From: Octopus sinensis
Taxonomy: Eukaryota
Length of the DNA: 64,000 bases
Assembly (NCBI RefSeq): GCF_006345805.1
Contig: NC_043012.1
Span: 19,778,001 to 19,842,000 of the forward strand
Direction: 5' to 3'
Shown here: in pieces, positions 51,683 through 64,000 of the stretch
Layout: each line of letters begins with the position of its first letter
How positions within the stretch are numbered: the first letter of the stretch is position 1
Program-made: the position numbers and the translations under genes
Notes under the pieces: model-generated
Databases searched by the model: none
Told to the model about the DNA's origin: nothing
The model's input: the letters and a program-made list of their open reading frames with translations, nothing else

Positions 51683-53427
51683 TACCCCAGGATTTGCAAC
51701 AAAATTTGAGTTAAAAGCAAAAGCAATGATAATAGTAATAATATTTTGAGATGATTTCGTTTTAGGTATCCCTGTACTGAATTCCTATCAGCTTGATTAT
51801 AATAGATACAGAACCGTAAGTCAATTGTACAACAGTACAATTCATAAGTCAAATATTCAAGGATTAATAGATTCGTAGTACAGTAATTGAATACAAAGGG
51901 ATGCGCTGTTAACTAGTTATCAACTCTTTACCGTTGAGATATGGCTGTTTTTTAATCCTTTTCAATATTGTCAATAGAAACGTCAAACAAGTATCTCGAT
52001 AGCTGCTATTATTTTTGCAGATGTACAGTATAGATCATTTACTAATCAACTGTACCCGCAGAGACACACAGAACCAAAGTTCAATCAAAATTTGTGAATA
52101 CATACATTAATGTCGGCGAACATGTATTCGGTTTCATAAATGTGATTTCGCTAGTTCAAACATGATAACATGGTTGGGAGAAAAGGATTGAAATTGTTAT
52201 TCAGAGGCTTCCAGCACACTATTATCGTTTTGCTAAATATCTCATGTCTTATTTATTAACTTAGCAATTGAATCGCACCGAAGCTCTAAACATGTATGTA
52301 TTCTGGTTCAGTTGAATTATACATCGTACATCATTTGCATGATACGCAATTTGCTTAAAACGTCCAAGAGACTCTGCAACCTATTTCTGAATACAAACAT
52401 AGCGTTGCTTTAATGATACATTTGTTCACTGAGTTCATTTTGAAAACAGCATTCATTTGCATGAACTTGATGAGCCATCACTGGAGCAGGAAGCAATCTA
52501 GAGCCATATAATGCTCATTGATAGTTGAATAGCAACTTCATTTTAATGTATATTTTCTAGGTCTTTGTGCATTGAAGACAAGTAAGGTGCTTTTATTATT
52601 TTATTTATTACTAAGTCACAAGAGAATCTCAGTATTTTTTATTTTCTTTAAGAGCCACAGATGATTAATATCAGAATCAAGAACATTATCAGCAAAATGT
52701 TAAAATTTTAGAGTTGACGATACATTAAGTCAGTATTTCGTATGAGTAAGTATTTCGTATGAGACTCCACATTAAATTGCTAAGGAACTGATGCCCTCGG
52801 ATACATGTCAACAGCGAGACGGTGCGATCAAATGCAATTCTAGAGAGATGAAAATATAAATTCGGACACATGCTAGAACTCATTCTGGAGAAGATGACGG
52901 CTGATATTTAACGCATAGATCCACAGGCGAAATTTGATGCATAATTATCTGAAGGTACAATTTCCATCATATATGTACAAACAACATTCGTCTTCGTCCA
53001 TATTCACCCAATACTCGGATGTATTACTTTTGCTTTCTGCACTACCATGTATTGTCACACACCTTAGCATATACCTGTAATTTTCTGTATAGTAGTAAGC
53101 ATTTACGAATATGTACATGTTATTGCGCTACGAAATCAAATGTCTATAATGGATATATAATATGGATATATTGGATATATTGGATATATATAATGGATAT
53201 ATTGAATTAACTGGTAATTAAACTGATGTGCATTTTGCAGTAATCATCAAATCAACATTAGCTCGGAGATATATTCACCCAAGGTGATATATACGAATTT
53301 AAATGCATCTACGCATATTATGTTTAGTAATTTAAAATACATGCAGATACTTAAACATACATAAAATATACAGAAATGACTGTATACATATATAAACCCA
53401 ATTTTTGTACATACGTATATTTGTATG

Positions 53428-53500
<73 letters not shown>

Positions 53501-53594
53501 CACGCTTATCTCTCTCTGTGCATATATTATATGTATGTATATATATATAGATATAGATATATATATGCATGTATGTATATATGTACATATAATA

Positions 53595-53975
53595 TGTGGA
53601 GGCATGGGGATGTGGTTAGAAGCTTGCTTCCCAACCATATGATTCCGGGTTCAAATCCACAGGGTGAGACCTTGAGCAAGTGTCTTCTACTATATTATCC
53701 GGCCGACAATGTATTTGGTAGACGGAAACTGGAAGAAGCCCGTTGTATATACATATGTGTATAAGTATGTGCGTCTGTGTGCGAGTGTTTGTCTCCACAT
53801 CACCACTTGATAACCGGTGTTTGCGTGTTAACGACCTCGTAACTTAGCGAAACTTTCCATGGGACCGATAAAATAAGTACTAGGATTTAGAAAGTCGACT
53901 CTGGAGTAGATTTTTGCGAGGTGGTGTTCCAGCAAGGCCGCAGTTAACTCACTGAAACATGTAAACGAATTAATG
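53595..53975 (+). mobile_element. SINE family B, diverged
   Basis: CCAACCATATGATTCCGGGTTCAAATCC, CTTGAGCAAGTGTCTTCTACTAT and GGTAGACGGAAACTGGAAGAAGCCCG. Confidence 0.8.
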
Positions 53976-54448
53976 AGTATATATGTATTGACATGTCTCT
54001 GGGTTGGGTGATTCTGACATTTCATTTCACGTGATTGATGTTGTGTAATTCAAGCTTTCATGAAAGTTAATTTGAACATTTTTTTTAAAGTTTTGTAGTA
54101 AAAAGATCACTCCATATATTTGAAGAATATATTATTCGTCACATCATTAATTCTTATTTAATAATATTGTTGGGATATCGTAGATTAAGAAAACATTGAA
54201 TCGATAATCACTGTTATTATATGTAGCGTTTGATGTGATCAACTTCTGAAGTTAGGCAACATTTTGAAATTAAGAGATTTTAATAAAAAAAACAAATCAT
54301 ATTAATTCATGTTTCTTAGATTAGCATATTTAGAAACCTTTATCGCGTGATATGTAATTGACTTCCCTTTTAAAAATATACACATTTCGTATATCTATCT
54401 ATCCCCCGCTCTCTCTCTCTATATATATATATATAATATATACACACA

Positions 54449-54488
<40 letters not shown>

Positions 54489-54498
54489 TTTATATATA

Positions 54499-54539
<41 letters not shown>

Positions 54540-54548
54540 TATTATATA

Positions 54549-54615
<67 letters not shown>

Positions 54616-57600
54616 TACATATACTCAGATAAACATATATACTCACGAATATATGTGTGAAAGAATGTATATATGAATATGTGTGTGTGAATGTGTGTAT
54701 GCTTATGGATGAATATATATTCAAACGCATATATGAAACCCCGTGCTTTTTTTTCTTAAAGAACTCTAGCAAAGGAACATGTTTTAAGGCAGTAAAATAT
54801 AGGAGAGATTCCTTTTAATGTACTTTAAATGCGATAAGTGTGTTAATTTACAGTCCTTATGTTAAGGAACATTGATTGCTATAATATAACTTCGTATAAT
54901 CATGATCTTTTTATTACTTCGTTATGAAGGTAATTTATAAGTATGTTTGTCTACACACATATACACGCACAAATGCACAAACACCACAAACACACATATA
55001 TTCTCATCACTGACACACATACCGCTACATGCAAATACGTGTTTGAGATGCTAGTTTGGAATATTTTGACACAATTTAACAGAGCTTCATTGTGGATAGT
55101 TTCAGAAAGATTATTATAGGCATATACAATGGATTAAATTTAAGTAAATATATTGCAACTAATCTATAGAAGATTACATGGTTTAGGCACGTGGCCCATT
55201 GAGAAACACATTTTCAAGATGGTATTTGACTGGTAAATAACGATCTCAACTGATGATCCCACTTCGTAAATGGATTCCGTTGTGTAGGGCTACAAGATAA
55301 GTTTCCCATATATATTTGCTAGTTTAAATGGAAGCAAAGAGATCAGATAATTACCAGGCTAAAAATAGGTAATAGCATATTAAGCGGATTGTGGCATATG
55401 TAATAACATATATAATTGATCAAAATAGTGTCTATATATTTCTAGCAATCAGAGTGTATGAAACGAAGTATACACTGAAATGTTATACCAAATATTTTCC
55501 TGGACAAACATAAGGTACCGTGCGTGGATGTCTCAAGACTTTTATGGGTTTGTATTAGCGGCATCTACGAGGAAAACGGATGTTACTGTCATTGGCATTC
55601 ATTGATGTACCTGTATTAACATCTCTTGTTGAATCAAGATGGTCATTATTGACAACTGCAAGTAGTATTAAGAATAATATCATGCTAGGTTCTGTGCTAA
55701 TTTATCAGTGCTTATTCGAAATATTCAACGTAACAAATATATATGCATGAATATGTATCGATATTAAATTCATTTATGTACATATCCGCAGGTCAAAATT
55801 TGGTGACACAGACACAGAATTATATGTACAAAGAAATTTTGTACACAATGTGTAGAGAAAAAATACACTTAACCTCTTTTATACGACACTCGACCACACA
55901 GTATACTTATTGACCACTGCAAATGCATATTGGTACACAGACACAAATATCTATACAGAAATATATAGACATATGCATATATAGACACACACACAAACAC
56001 ACACACACATGCATATATATATATAATTTTGAATGACGCGGGAAGAATAAAACATGAACATACATACACAGGGTGACACCCACACACATACATATATAAA
56101 ATGAGCTTACGAGTGACTATATAGTTAAGCTAAAATACGCTAGCTGGTCACCACACACCATAGTTAAGTTCAATAGCAAGTAATATCGAAACTGACAACT
56201 TAACAACTTGCACCAATTTTTAATAGCTATATTATCAAATATTTGCAACGTATTAAAAAAATTTTATATATATATCTATTACGGATAGATTCTATTTACA
56301 TTTTAATACAGCTGAAATGTATATTTTTGTTTCCAATTAGTTGGAATATATCTGGGAAAATACCTACAATTTTTATGTTTCGAGTTAATATTGCATTCAA
56401 ATGTAAGACATAGGCGTCTCCAATACACTTCTTAAGCCGTGATTTATTCATTCATATTAAGTATGCCTAATGATGCATTTAATGAGCTACGATTCTTTAC
56501 TTGTTTTTACAAAATAGTGAATACGAGTTATGGTTTCAAAAATATCATCTTTTATCAATGAAAGGAAAGAATAAAAAAAGAACAAATATAATTGACTTCA
56601 TGGTGAAAGAAGTGAAAACATTAATGGCGGAATAATTAACAATCTTGCTTCGTTATGTATTCAGTGTAGAACAATTTGTCTGTTCTCCTACTGGACTTCA
56701 TTTGTAACATATTTATGAGTCTGTAACTCTACTTTGAAATGCATGGATGAATGCTAACAGATAATTTGAATATACATTAGATACTGAGAAGATATTATTC
56801 AATGTGTAATAATTTTGATAATGGCAATGGGAAGCTAGTTTTGGTTTTAATGAATATATAACTGTTAATCGGCAATGGAGAAAAACGTGATAGATTTAGA
56901 AGTCGCACAGACTCACGGCCGACGAATGTGTCACACAACATGCTGAGGTTTTACTGCATTAAATGTAAATATACCCACTAGAAAATGAGTAATACTTTAT
57001 ACGGGTACACGATCATGACAATGTGTCAATGAATAACTATCTACCTCACTGACACTAAGCAATAAAATGCTCTTTTCTTTACAATGGACAAACAGTAGCG
57101 TTCTAAAACTCATATCGTAGTTATGGATTCTAAATTAACCATTCATCTAAAGTAATAGGATGTCAGAAACAGAATACCATCTAATATGCGTAAATAAGTA
57201 GTCTTTTCACTGTGTTAATATTCTGTCAAAAACAAATAGATTGCATGTTATAGAATTGATAATCGAAGCAAAATAATAAAATATAGCTGCATGTATACAG
57301 TAAATGTAATGCTGTAGCAGCCATAAATATGAGTCTTTAATCATCCTATGTATAAACTGGTACATAAGTGTGTGAGAAATATAATAGATTCTCACTGACG
57401 GACCATTCATCGGGCTTACCAAGTAAATGAGGCATAGCTAAAGTCATTTATTATGTAAACGTTCGAGGATAATATATTGTTACATCACACTTCGGTTGTT
57501 AAGACTATATTAAGTGATGTGTAAGTAATATGAGAAAGTAATGTATAAATTGGTAGCGAGAGAGGTATGGAAGACAAGACTGACAAATATAGTTAAAGCA

Positions 57601-58441
57601 AAGAAAAAAGGTGTCACTTAAAGAAAAGCTGATTAGAATTTATTGACAAACACGTCAAGATTTATGCTTCTAAGCATGGAATGAAACATTTTAGTTGTTC
57701 ATATTATTCTTCAGGTTATTTACTATAACATAAAAATTAATCAAGCAGCAATAGCAATGAAGAAATTCCGGTCATGCTGGTGTCTTATTTTAGACTTATA
57801 TAGAACTACATCAGGTTAAGCGACTTTCTATGTTTTAAGACCGTGGAAATTTAGCTCCAATATGTGAGTCGTAACATTTAGTGTCTCATATCTTTGTAAA
57901 GATAGATATATAAATATACATAGGTGCATGGGGCGCATCTCTGTGTGTATAAATACATATCATACACACGCACTCACACAAACACACACGCACACACACA
58001 TATATATATAAATATAAACACAGTGTGAGTAAGAGAGAGAGAGAGAGAAATATATGAGTAGAGAGATACATATATAGTATTAGCAGGGCAGTCGAATTAC
58101 TTAGCCCCACCGTAGTAGCACAATGGTGCTGCGTTTCACGGCCCTTTAAATGTTAACGGCAGAGGAAGACATATGATGACGTCTGCTCAGAGTAATAGTC
58201 GCGATATTGTATTATATATACATACACACATGTATGCATACATACACACATACATTTGTACATATATATGACGAACTAACTGTTACTTTCTTAGATGCAG
58301 CACGGACTTAAATGTTGGAGTGAATCGAACGGCTTTTGTGTGTTTCTTAAATGGCTTATAAACACCTTCCACGCTGCAATTGTTTTCGTTTCAGCACACG
58401 ATCTCAGATCAAATTACTTGCTATGCGAGTACATCTCCGTA

Positions 58442-58473
<32 letters not shown>

Positions 58474-58481
58474 GTATACAA

Positions 58482-58521
<40 letters not shown>

Positions 58522-58843
58522 ATTAACGTATACAGCGTTAAAGATAAAACCTAATAATTTCCTGTTAACTTTCTAAATACTATGTCCATTAAGTGATATA
58601 TATCGTGCACTGAATGGAGTTTTTTTTACTGCACACACATTAACGGATTTATAAATTACACCCACAACCACGCACACACGTACGCACATATATATATATG
58701 TATGTATATATTTATAAATATACATATATATATATACAAATATATACTTATGAATATATATATACACGTATACATATGTGTCTATATATATATGTGTATA
58801 TATATACATATACATATATATATATATATACATATATACATAT

Positions 58844-58917
<74 letters not shown>

Positions 58918-59714
58918 GGAAAATAATAAAATGGAGATACATCAATTTTTATGTATATTTATTAACTGCTAAAATAAACACGATCTCTAACATCGGTTTC
59001 AGTTCATATTTTAAAGATAATAATTGAAGTAATTAAATCATCTCATAATGCAGAATTTCGTCAGAGACTGAAAAAATGATATACAGATATATTATTAGGT
59101 TTTAGGTATACGGAACTTTACAGCAAACTGTATATTTATATGGATAATTTTGGTATAAACCTCTTAAGGAGGACTTATGGTGAATATATTTAGTGGGAAA
59201 TAAATATATATTAATAAACACAAGATAATAGTTAGAAGGTCTAGAGATGTATAATAAATAGTAATTTATCATGTATGTAAGTATCATACTAATTTTCGAG
59301 CAAATATACTTATAGACTATTATAGAGATTAGTAATACCTAGAAGTTAATAATAGTTAAAGTGTTTCACCGAAAGGTTAAATATATATTAATTATATAAT
59401 ATTATTATTATATGTATTTGATAATAATTTAATTACTACAATTATAATCTTTTAAGTATGAATAGAAATAGGTGTTAGGAATCATATATATTTTATCAGT
59501 TAATAAATATATTTATTAATTGAAGTATTTCCATTGTCTTTTATTTTTGAATAGATATAAACCTTGGTTTATCTAATTACCTATTATTCATGAGTATTAT
59601 AATTAATATTCACAATAAATATTAGGTAATCAGCTACTAATGCATTGGATATCACTATCATTTAATGAGGCTTATCCAACCTCTAACTGAACTTTATGTA
59701 ACTGAACTGTATAT

Positions 59715-59850
59715 TAGCTAATTCTATCCATGAAATTGACGTTGCCGCACAGGTGTACAGTGTGCCAGGCATCAAGTGTCATAGTGATCGTACAGCAATG
59801 CGAGATGAAGTGTTTTCCTCATGAACGCAAACACCACTCATTCTAGCAAC
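59715..59850 (-). mobile_element. Fragment of a third, CORE-like SINE family
   Basis: Minus strand GAGGAAAACACTTCATCTCGCATTGCTG resembles the CORE-type GAGCAAGACACTT.ATCTCACATTGCT. Confidence 0.4.
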
Positions 59851-60485
59851 TGGTGATTTGTGAGATTTCACATGAATGCTAATGGTCACATGGAACCTGT
59901 TGCATGATTGAGCCATCGGCGACTAAATCGTAGCAACCCAGCAGGCCGATACATTTACTGTAGGTCCTTAGAAATTCCAGTTCTTCTTCGGAGTGCCGGG
60001 AAACCGTTGGAAGTGGGGCATCCTTTTGCATCTATTCGAGAATGTCTCTAGGGGAAGGTTAATCGGATATAAAACTAGATATTCAGGGAATGGTATTGAA
60101 CATTTTGGGGACAATGTGTTTGAGCTTGAGATGTTGCCGATCCCACATTCCCGAAAAAGCGGTCCATATTGGTAATAGGCATTTTGACCTGCTTGTCTTT
60201 CAGTCATGTCACTAGGAAGGAGAGTGTCAATGAGGTGGAGTATAAGCCTTATAAGACTTAAATGTAAGATTGTGCAAGTGATTATGTGATACTTGATCAA
60301 GTAGTTTGTGAACAAGAGAGAAAGTAACGGTCTTCTACTCTCAAGATGTAATCGCATGTGTAAGCTATGTGGTGTTTATGTAGAAGACATCGTGCATGTA
60401 ATGAGAAGCTGTCTTAAAAATATCGTCATGGTACTACCTCCCTATGCGACACGATGTTATTCCTAAATCAATTTATAATACCTAT

Positions 60486-60730
60486 TTCTTTATTACCCAC
60501 AAGGGGCTAAACATAGAGGGGACAAACAAGGACAGACATAGGTATTAAGTCGATTACATCGACCCCAGTGCGTAACTAGTACTCAATTTATCGACCCCGA
60601 AAGGATGAAAGGCAAAGTCGACCTCGGCGGAATTTGAACTCAAAACGTAATGGCAGAGGAAATACCGGTAAGCATTTCGCCCGGCGTGCTAACGTCTCTG
60701 CCAGCTCACCGCCTCTGCCAGGTCACCGCC
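60486..60730 (-). mobile_element. SINE family A, full length, with a 17-bp tandem duplication at the 5' end
   Basis: CTCTGCCAGCTCACCGC (60696-60712) and CTCTGCCAGGTCACCGC (60713-60729). Confidence 0.9.
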
Positions 60731-60856
60731 TTAATTTATAATACCGTCAAACAAATCCCTGTGCACATACATACACACACACTCACACACGCACACACAT
60801 ATATATATATATTTCTATATATGTACACATATATGTACATTATATACATGTATATG

Positions 60857-60912
<56 letters not shown>

Positions 60913-60936
60913 AGTACTAGTTCCCACACAGCCATA

Positions 60937-60980
<44 letters not shown>

Positions 60981-61101
60981 CAGCAAAATAATTAAGATTC
61001 AAATGAATTCCAATGAAGTCAAATGAATATGGTACTTAACTTAGATGCACCAGAATTCTTTATGGTATTAACCATAAAGTAATGTGGGGTGATTATAACC
61101 A

Positions 61102-61189
61102 AGGAAAAAAAGCAACAAGAATGGATTAGTAGTTTAGTACAATAGTAGATTGTACTAAACTACTAATCCATTCTTGTTGCTTTTTTCCT
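61102..61189. repeat. Near-perfect 42-bp hairpin with 5-nt loop
   Basis: AGGAAAAAAAGCAACAAGAATGGATTAGTAGTTTAGTACAAT-AGTAG-ATTGTACTAAACTACTAATCCATTCTTGTTGCTTTTTTCCT. Confidence 0.95.
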
Positions 61190-61219
61190 GGGTATATATA
61201 TATAATATATATATATATG

Positions 61220-61625
61220 CGGATGTGTGGTAAGTTACAAGCCACATGGTTCTGGGTTCAGTCCCACTGCGTGGCACCTTGGGCAAGTGTGTTTACTATG
61301 GCCACGGGCTGATCAAAGCCTTGTGAATGGATTTGGTAGCCGGAAAATGAAAGAAGCCCGTCTTATACATGTATGTATATATATATGTATGTATGTGTAT
61401 TTATATATATATATATATATGTATATGTTTGTATGTCTGTGATTATCCCCAACGTCACTTGACAACCGATGCTGGTATGGGTATGTCCCCGTAACTTAGC
61501 AGATCTCAAAAGAGAACGATATTATAAGTACTAAGCTTACAAAAATAAGTCCTGGGCGTATTTGCTCGACTGAAGGCGGTGATCCAGTATGGCCGCTGTC
61601 AAATGACTGAAACAAGTAAAAGACT
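61220..61625 (+). mobile_element. SINE family B copy
   Basis: GGGTTCAGTCCCACTGCGTGGCACCTTGGGCAAGTGT...GACTGAAACAAGTAAA. Confidence 0.88.
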
Positions 61626-61663
61626 ATACATATATATATATATATATATATCCTTATTTATAA

Positions 61664-61713
<50 letters not shown>

Positions 61714-61714
61714 G

Positions 61715-62850
61715 GGTGGCGAGAACACGAAAGAAAAACGCATTCAACACATCTAGTAGTCGGTCGTCTTTACTTCGACGAGCTAGTGTTTACTTCAACA
61801 ATCTTACGAAACTTTATCACAGAGTATGCACTCGATATCATTTGTCCATCTATAATCAACGTGCGATTTCATACGGCTCTTAAGCCCAGACTTACTAAGA
61901 CAAATCTTTTGCCATTCATTTTATGTAAGACCCTCACGTTTATTAATGCTTTTTATAACACCATTCCTGTCACCTTTTCTCAACTGCCTTTTGACCTTTG
62001 CACGCTCCATTCTCTACCTTTCAAATTAATTTTTTGTCTTCTTACACAACTTTTTTCCATTATTCTCGGCAATGCGCTAAATCTTCCCAGCGGTCAATTG
62101 GAACATTTATCTTATTCAGTCCCGGCTTCAGACAATCTTTGTACCTTATCGCTGGTTTGTGGGACGGACGCCTACCCGTCACCAATTCTTTGTAAAAAAG
62201 TTGTTCATGTATTCTGTTGTCTGTCATTCTCAGTGTCCACTCCATCTCAATCTGTACTGCAATAGCAAAGCTTCAATACTGAAGGATTTTCCTATTTCGT
62301 CACTCACAAACATTTTTCAGTCGATCCTCAAAATCCTTCTGAGAGATTTTTGATGAAAACTTTCCATAAGTTTTAAGTGCTTACGATACATAGTTCAGGT
62401 TTCGCAATCACGCAATAAAGAGGTTAAGGTACATGTATTGTATACCTTAATATCTATCGCAGTGGAAGTACCGTGTCTAGATCATAGGCGGTCTTCCAGT
62501 TTGCAAAAGTAAAACTGACTTACTGAATGCGTAGTGACACTTCATCATCAAGATTCGCTGATGTGTTTAGTGCGCTCACGAAGTAAACAAACTTAGAAAC
62601 CACAAGTTTTCTTCCATACACGAAGAAACAAGGTTCTATGTGTGGCATTCCTGGTGCTGGCTGAAACATGACAATAGTTTTGGTTAGATTTATGCTTAAG
62701 CCAAGTGCCTCACAAGCTATTCATAAGATCTGTCAAGTCCTCCTCAGTGACAATATCACAATCATCTGCATAGAAGAGGTCTCTAATAAGAGTTGAGGAC
62801 GTCCTTGACTTAGTCCGTTGATGTTAAAGATTTTACCTGTTGAGCGATAT

Positions 62851-62896
<46 letters not shown>

Positions 62897-63200
62897 CACA
62901 GGAACCTTTGTAAACCAACTGAAAAAGCTATAGTAAAATACAGGGAGAAAAGAGTGGGTGCTAGTTCGTCAAATTGTCTTACCCTATACCATCATGAAAC
63001 TGCTTCAGAAAAGTGAGAACCTTTACCGGGAACCCAAGTCTCCTCAAGATCACCCACAAGGCAGTTCGACTGAAAGTCAAAAGCTTTAGAAAGATCAATG
63101 AATACCTGATAAAGTCCTATTTTCTGTCCCACGCACTTTTGTTTTAACTGCCATGAAGAAAAGATCATGGCAATAGCACAGCACCCTAACATTTTTGAAT
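61715..63200 (-). mobile_element. RTE-clade (BovB-like) LINE relic, 5'-truncated and internally deleted
   Basis: GLYQVFIDLSKAFD, RDLFYADDCDIV, NLDDEVSLRI, RLRWSGH, QLFYKEL..G.R....AIRYKDCLK and a C-terminal ECILCDK. Confidence 0.9.
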
Positions 63201-63615
63201 CCACTCTGAATACATACATACATATATACAAAATAACTACCTACATACATAGATACGTAATACCTACACACATACATACATACACGCATGCATACATACA
63301 TATAGACATATACATACACCTACATAAATAATAGAGTTTCTTGAAGTTTCCTTATAACATATTCAATCACAAGTCCTTGCATGACGCGGAGAAACGATTT
63401 CCAAAGCAGATCAATTCATTGCAGTCGCTTCCAGAAGATGCAGTGAACTGAAACTTAACGTACAAAGATATAGCTGCAAAGCAATGTTTGTGTAATTTAA
63501 GAAATATTTTATTGGTATTAAAGTTAAAGAAATCCACTAATACCAAGATTATGATATAACAACACTTGCCCTTGTGTATAATCAGTAGATATTCGTTTTA
63601 CATAATTTATATTGA

Positions 63616-63840
63616 TTAATGTTTGACACAAGTACATTGTATTGCTTTGGACACATAATATACATTCTGGTAGTTATTAGGTGCTGGACAGTTGTAATAT
63701 ATTTGATCATCATCTAGGCCTTCTTTTATGAATGGTTTATAGCAACGCTTCGATAAACATTTATTCATTACTGTTTGAGCTTCACACGTTATAATCAGTG
63801 GTTCAATGGGTTTAGTCACCTTTCTTCCATGCGACTTCAT
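63616..63840 (-). CDS. Candidate six-cysteine ORF/terminal exon with cystine-knot (DAN/bursicon/GPH-like) spacing
   Basis: CEAQTVMNKCLSKRC ... YNCPAPNNYQNVYYVSKAIQCTC. AATAAA lies ~100 nt past the stop (63508-63513). There is no signal peptide, and in-frame stops lie immediately upstream. Confidence 0.3.
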   Translation of the reverse strand: MKSHGRKVTKPIEPLIITCEAQTVMNKCLSKRCYKPFIKEGLDDDQIYYNCPAPNNYQNVYYVSKAIQCTCVKH

Positions 63841-64000
63841 CTACTACTTCTTAGCGGTACTACTAGTAATTTATGCTATCGTTCAATTTAAATAGATATA
63901 GTACTTTATACTATAATATACACATTAATCACTGCAATGTTATTCATGTGTACAAAATACTTTATCAAAGAGCATTTGTTATACCGTGATTTTTACCCCA

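Overview
AT-rich, microsatellite-saturated animal genomic DNA. The SINE families and (TA)n/(CA)n/(AAT)n load point to an octopus or other coleoid cephalopod (inference from repeat content). No host protein-coding gene can be identified with confidence, and most ORFs in the supplied track are microsatellite translations. The window is largely a mix of decayed mobile elements: two tRNA-derived SINE families with about 15 copies, relics of R4/Dong-like, HERO/R2-like, L1/Tx1-like and RTE LINEs, Penelope-like tails, two Helitron helicase relics plus a non-autonomous Helitron end, two Tc1/mariner relics, a Gypsy gag fragment and a probable solo LTR. It also holds many fold-back inverted repeats. The best leads are a ~1 kb HERO-like mini-element bounded by 91-bp direct terminal repeats (11503-12495), a 74-aa six-cysteine ORF with DAN/bursicon-like cystine-knot spacing (63616-63840, minus), an (AAT)n-embedded 570-bp element family, and several near-perfect hairpins. 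All family assignments come from remembered motifs, not database searches.
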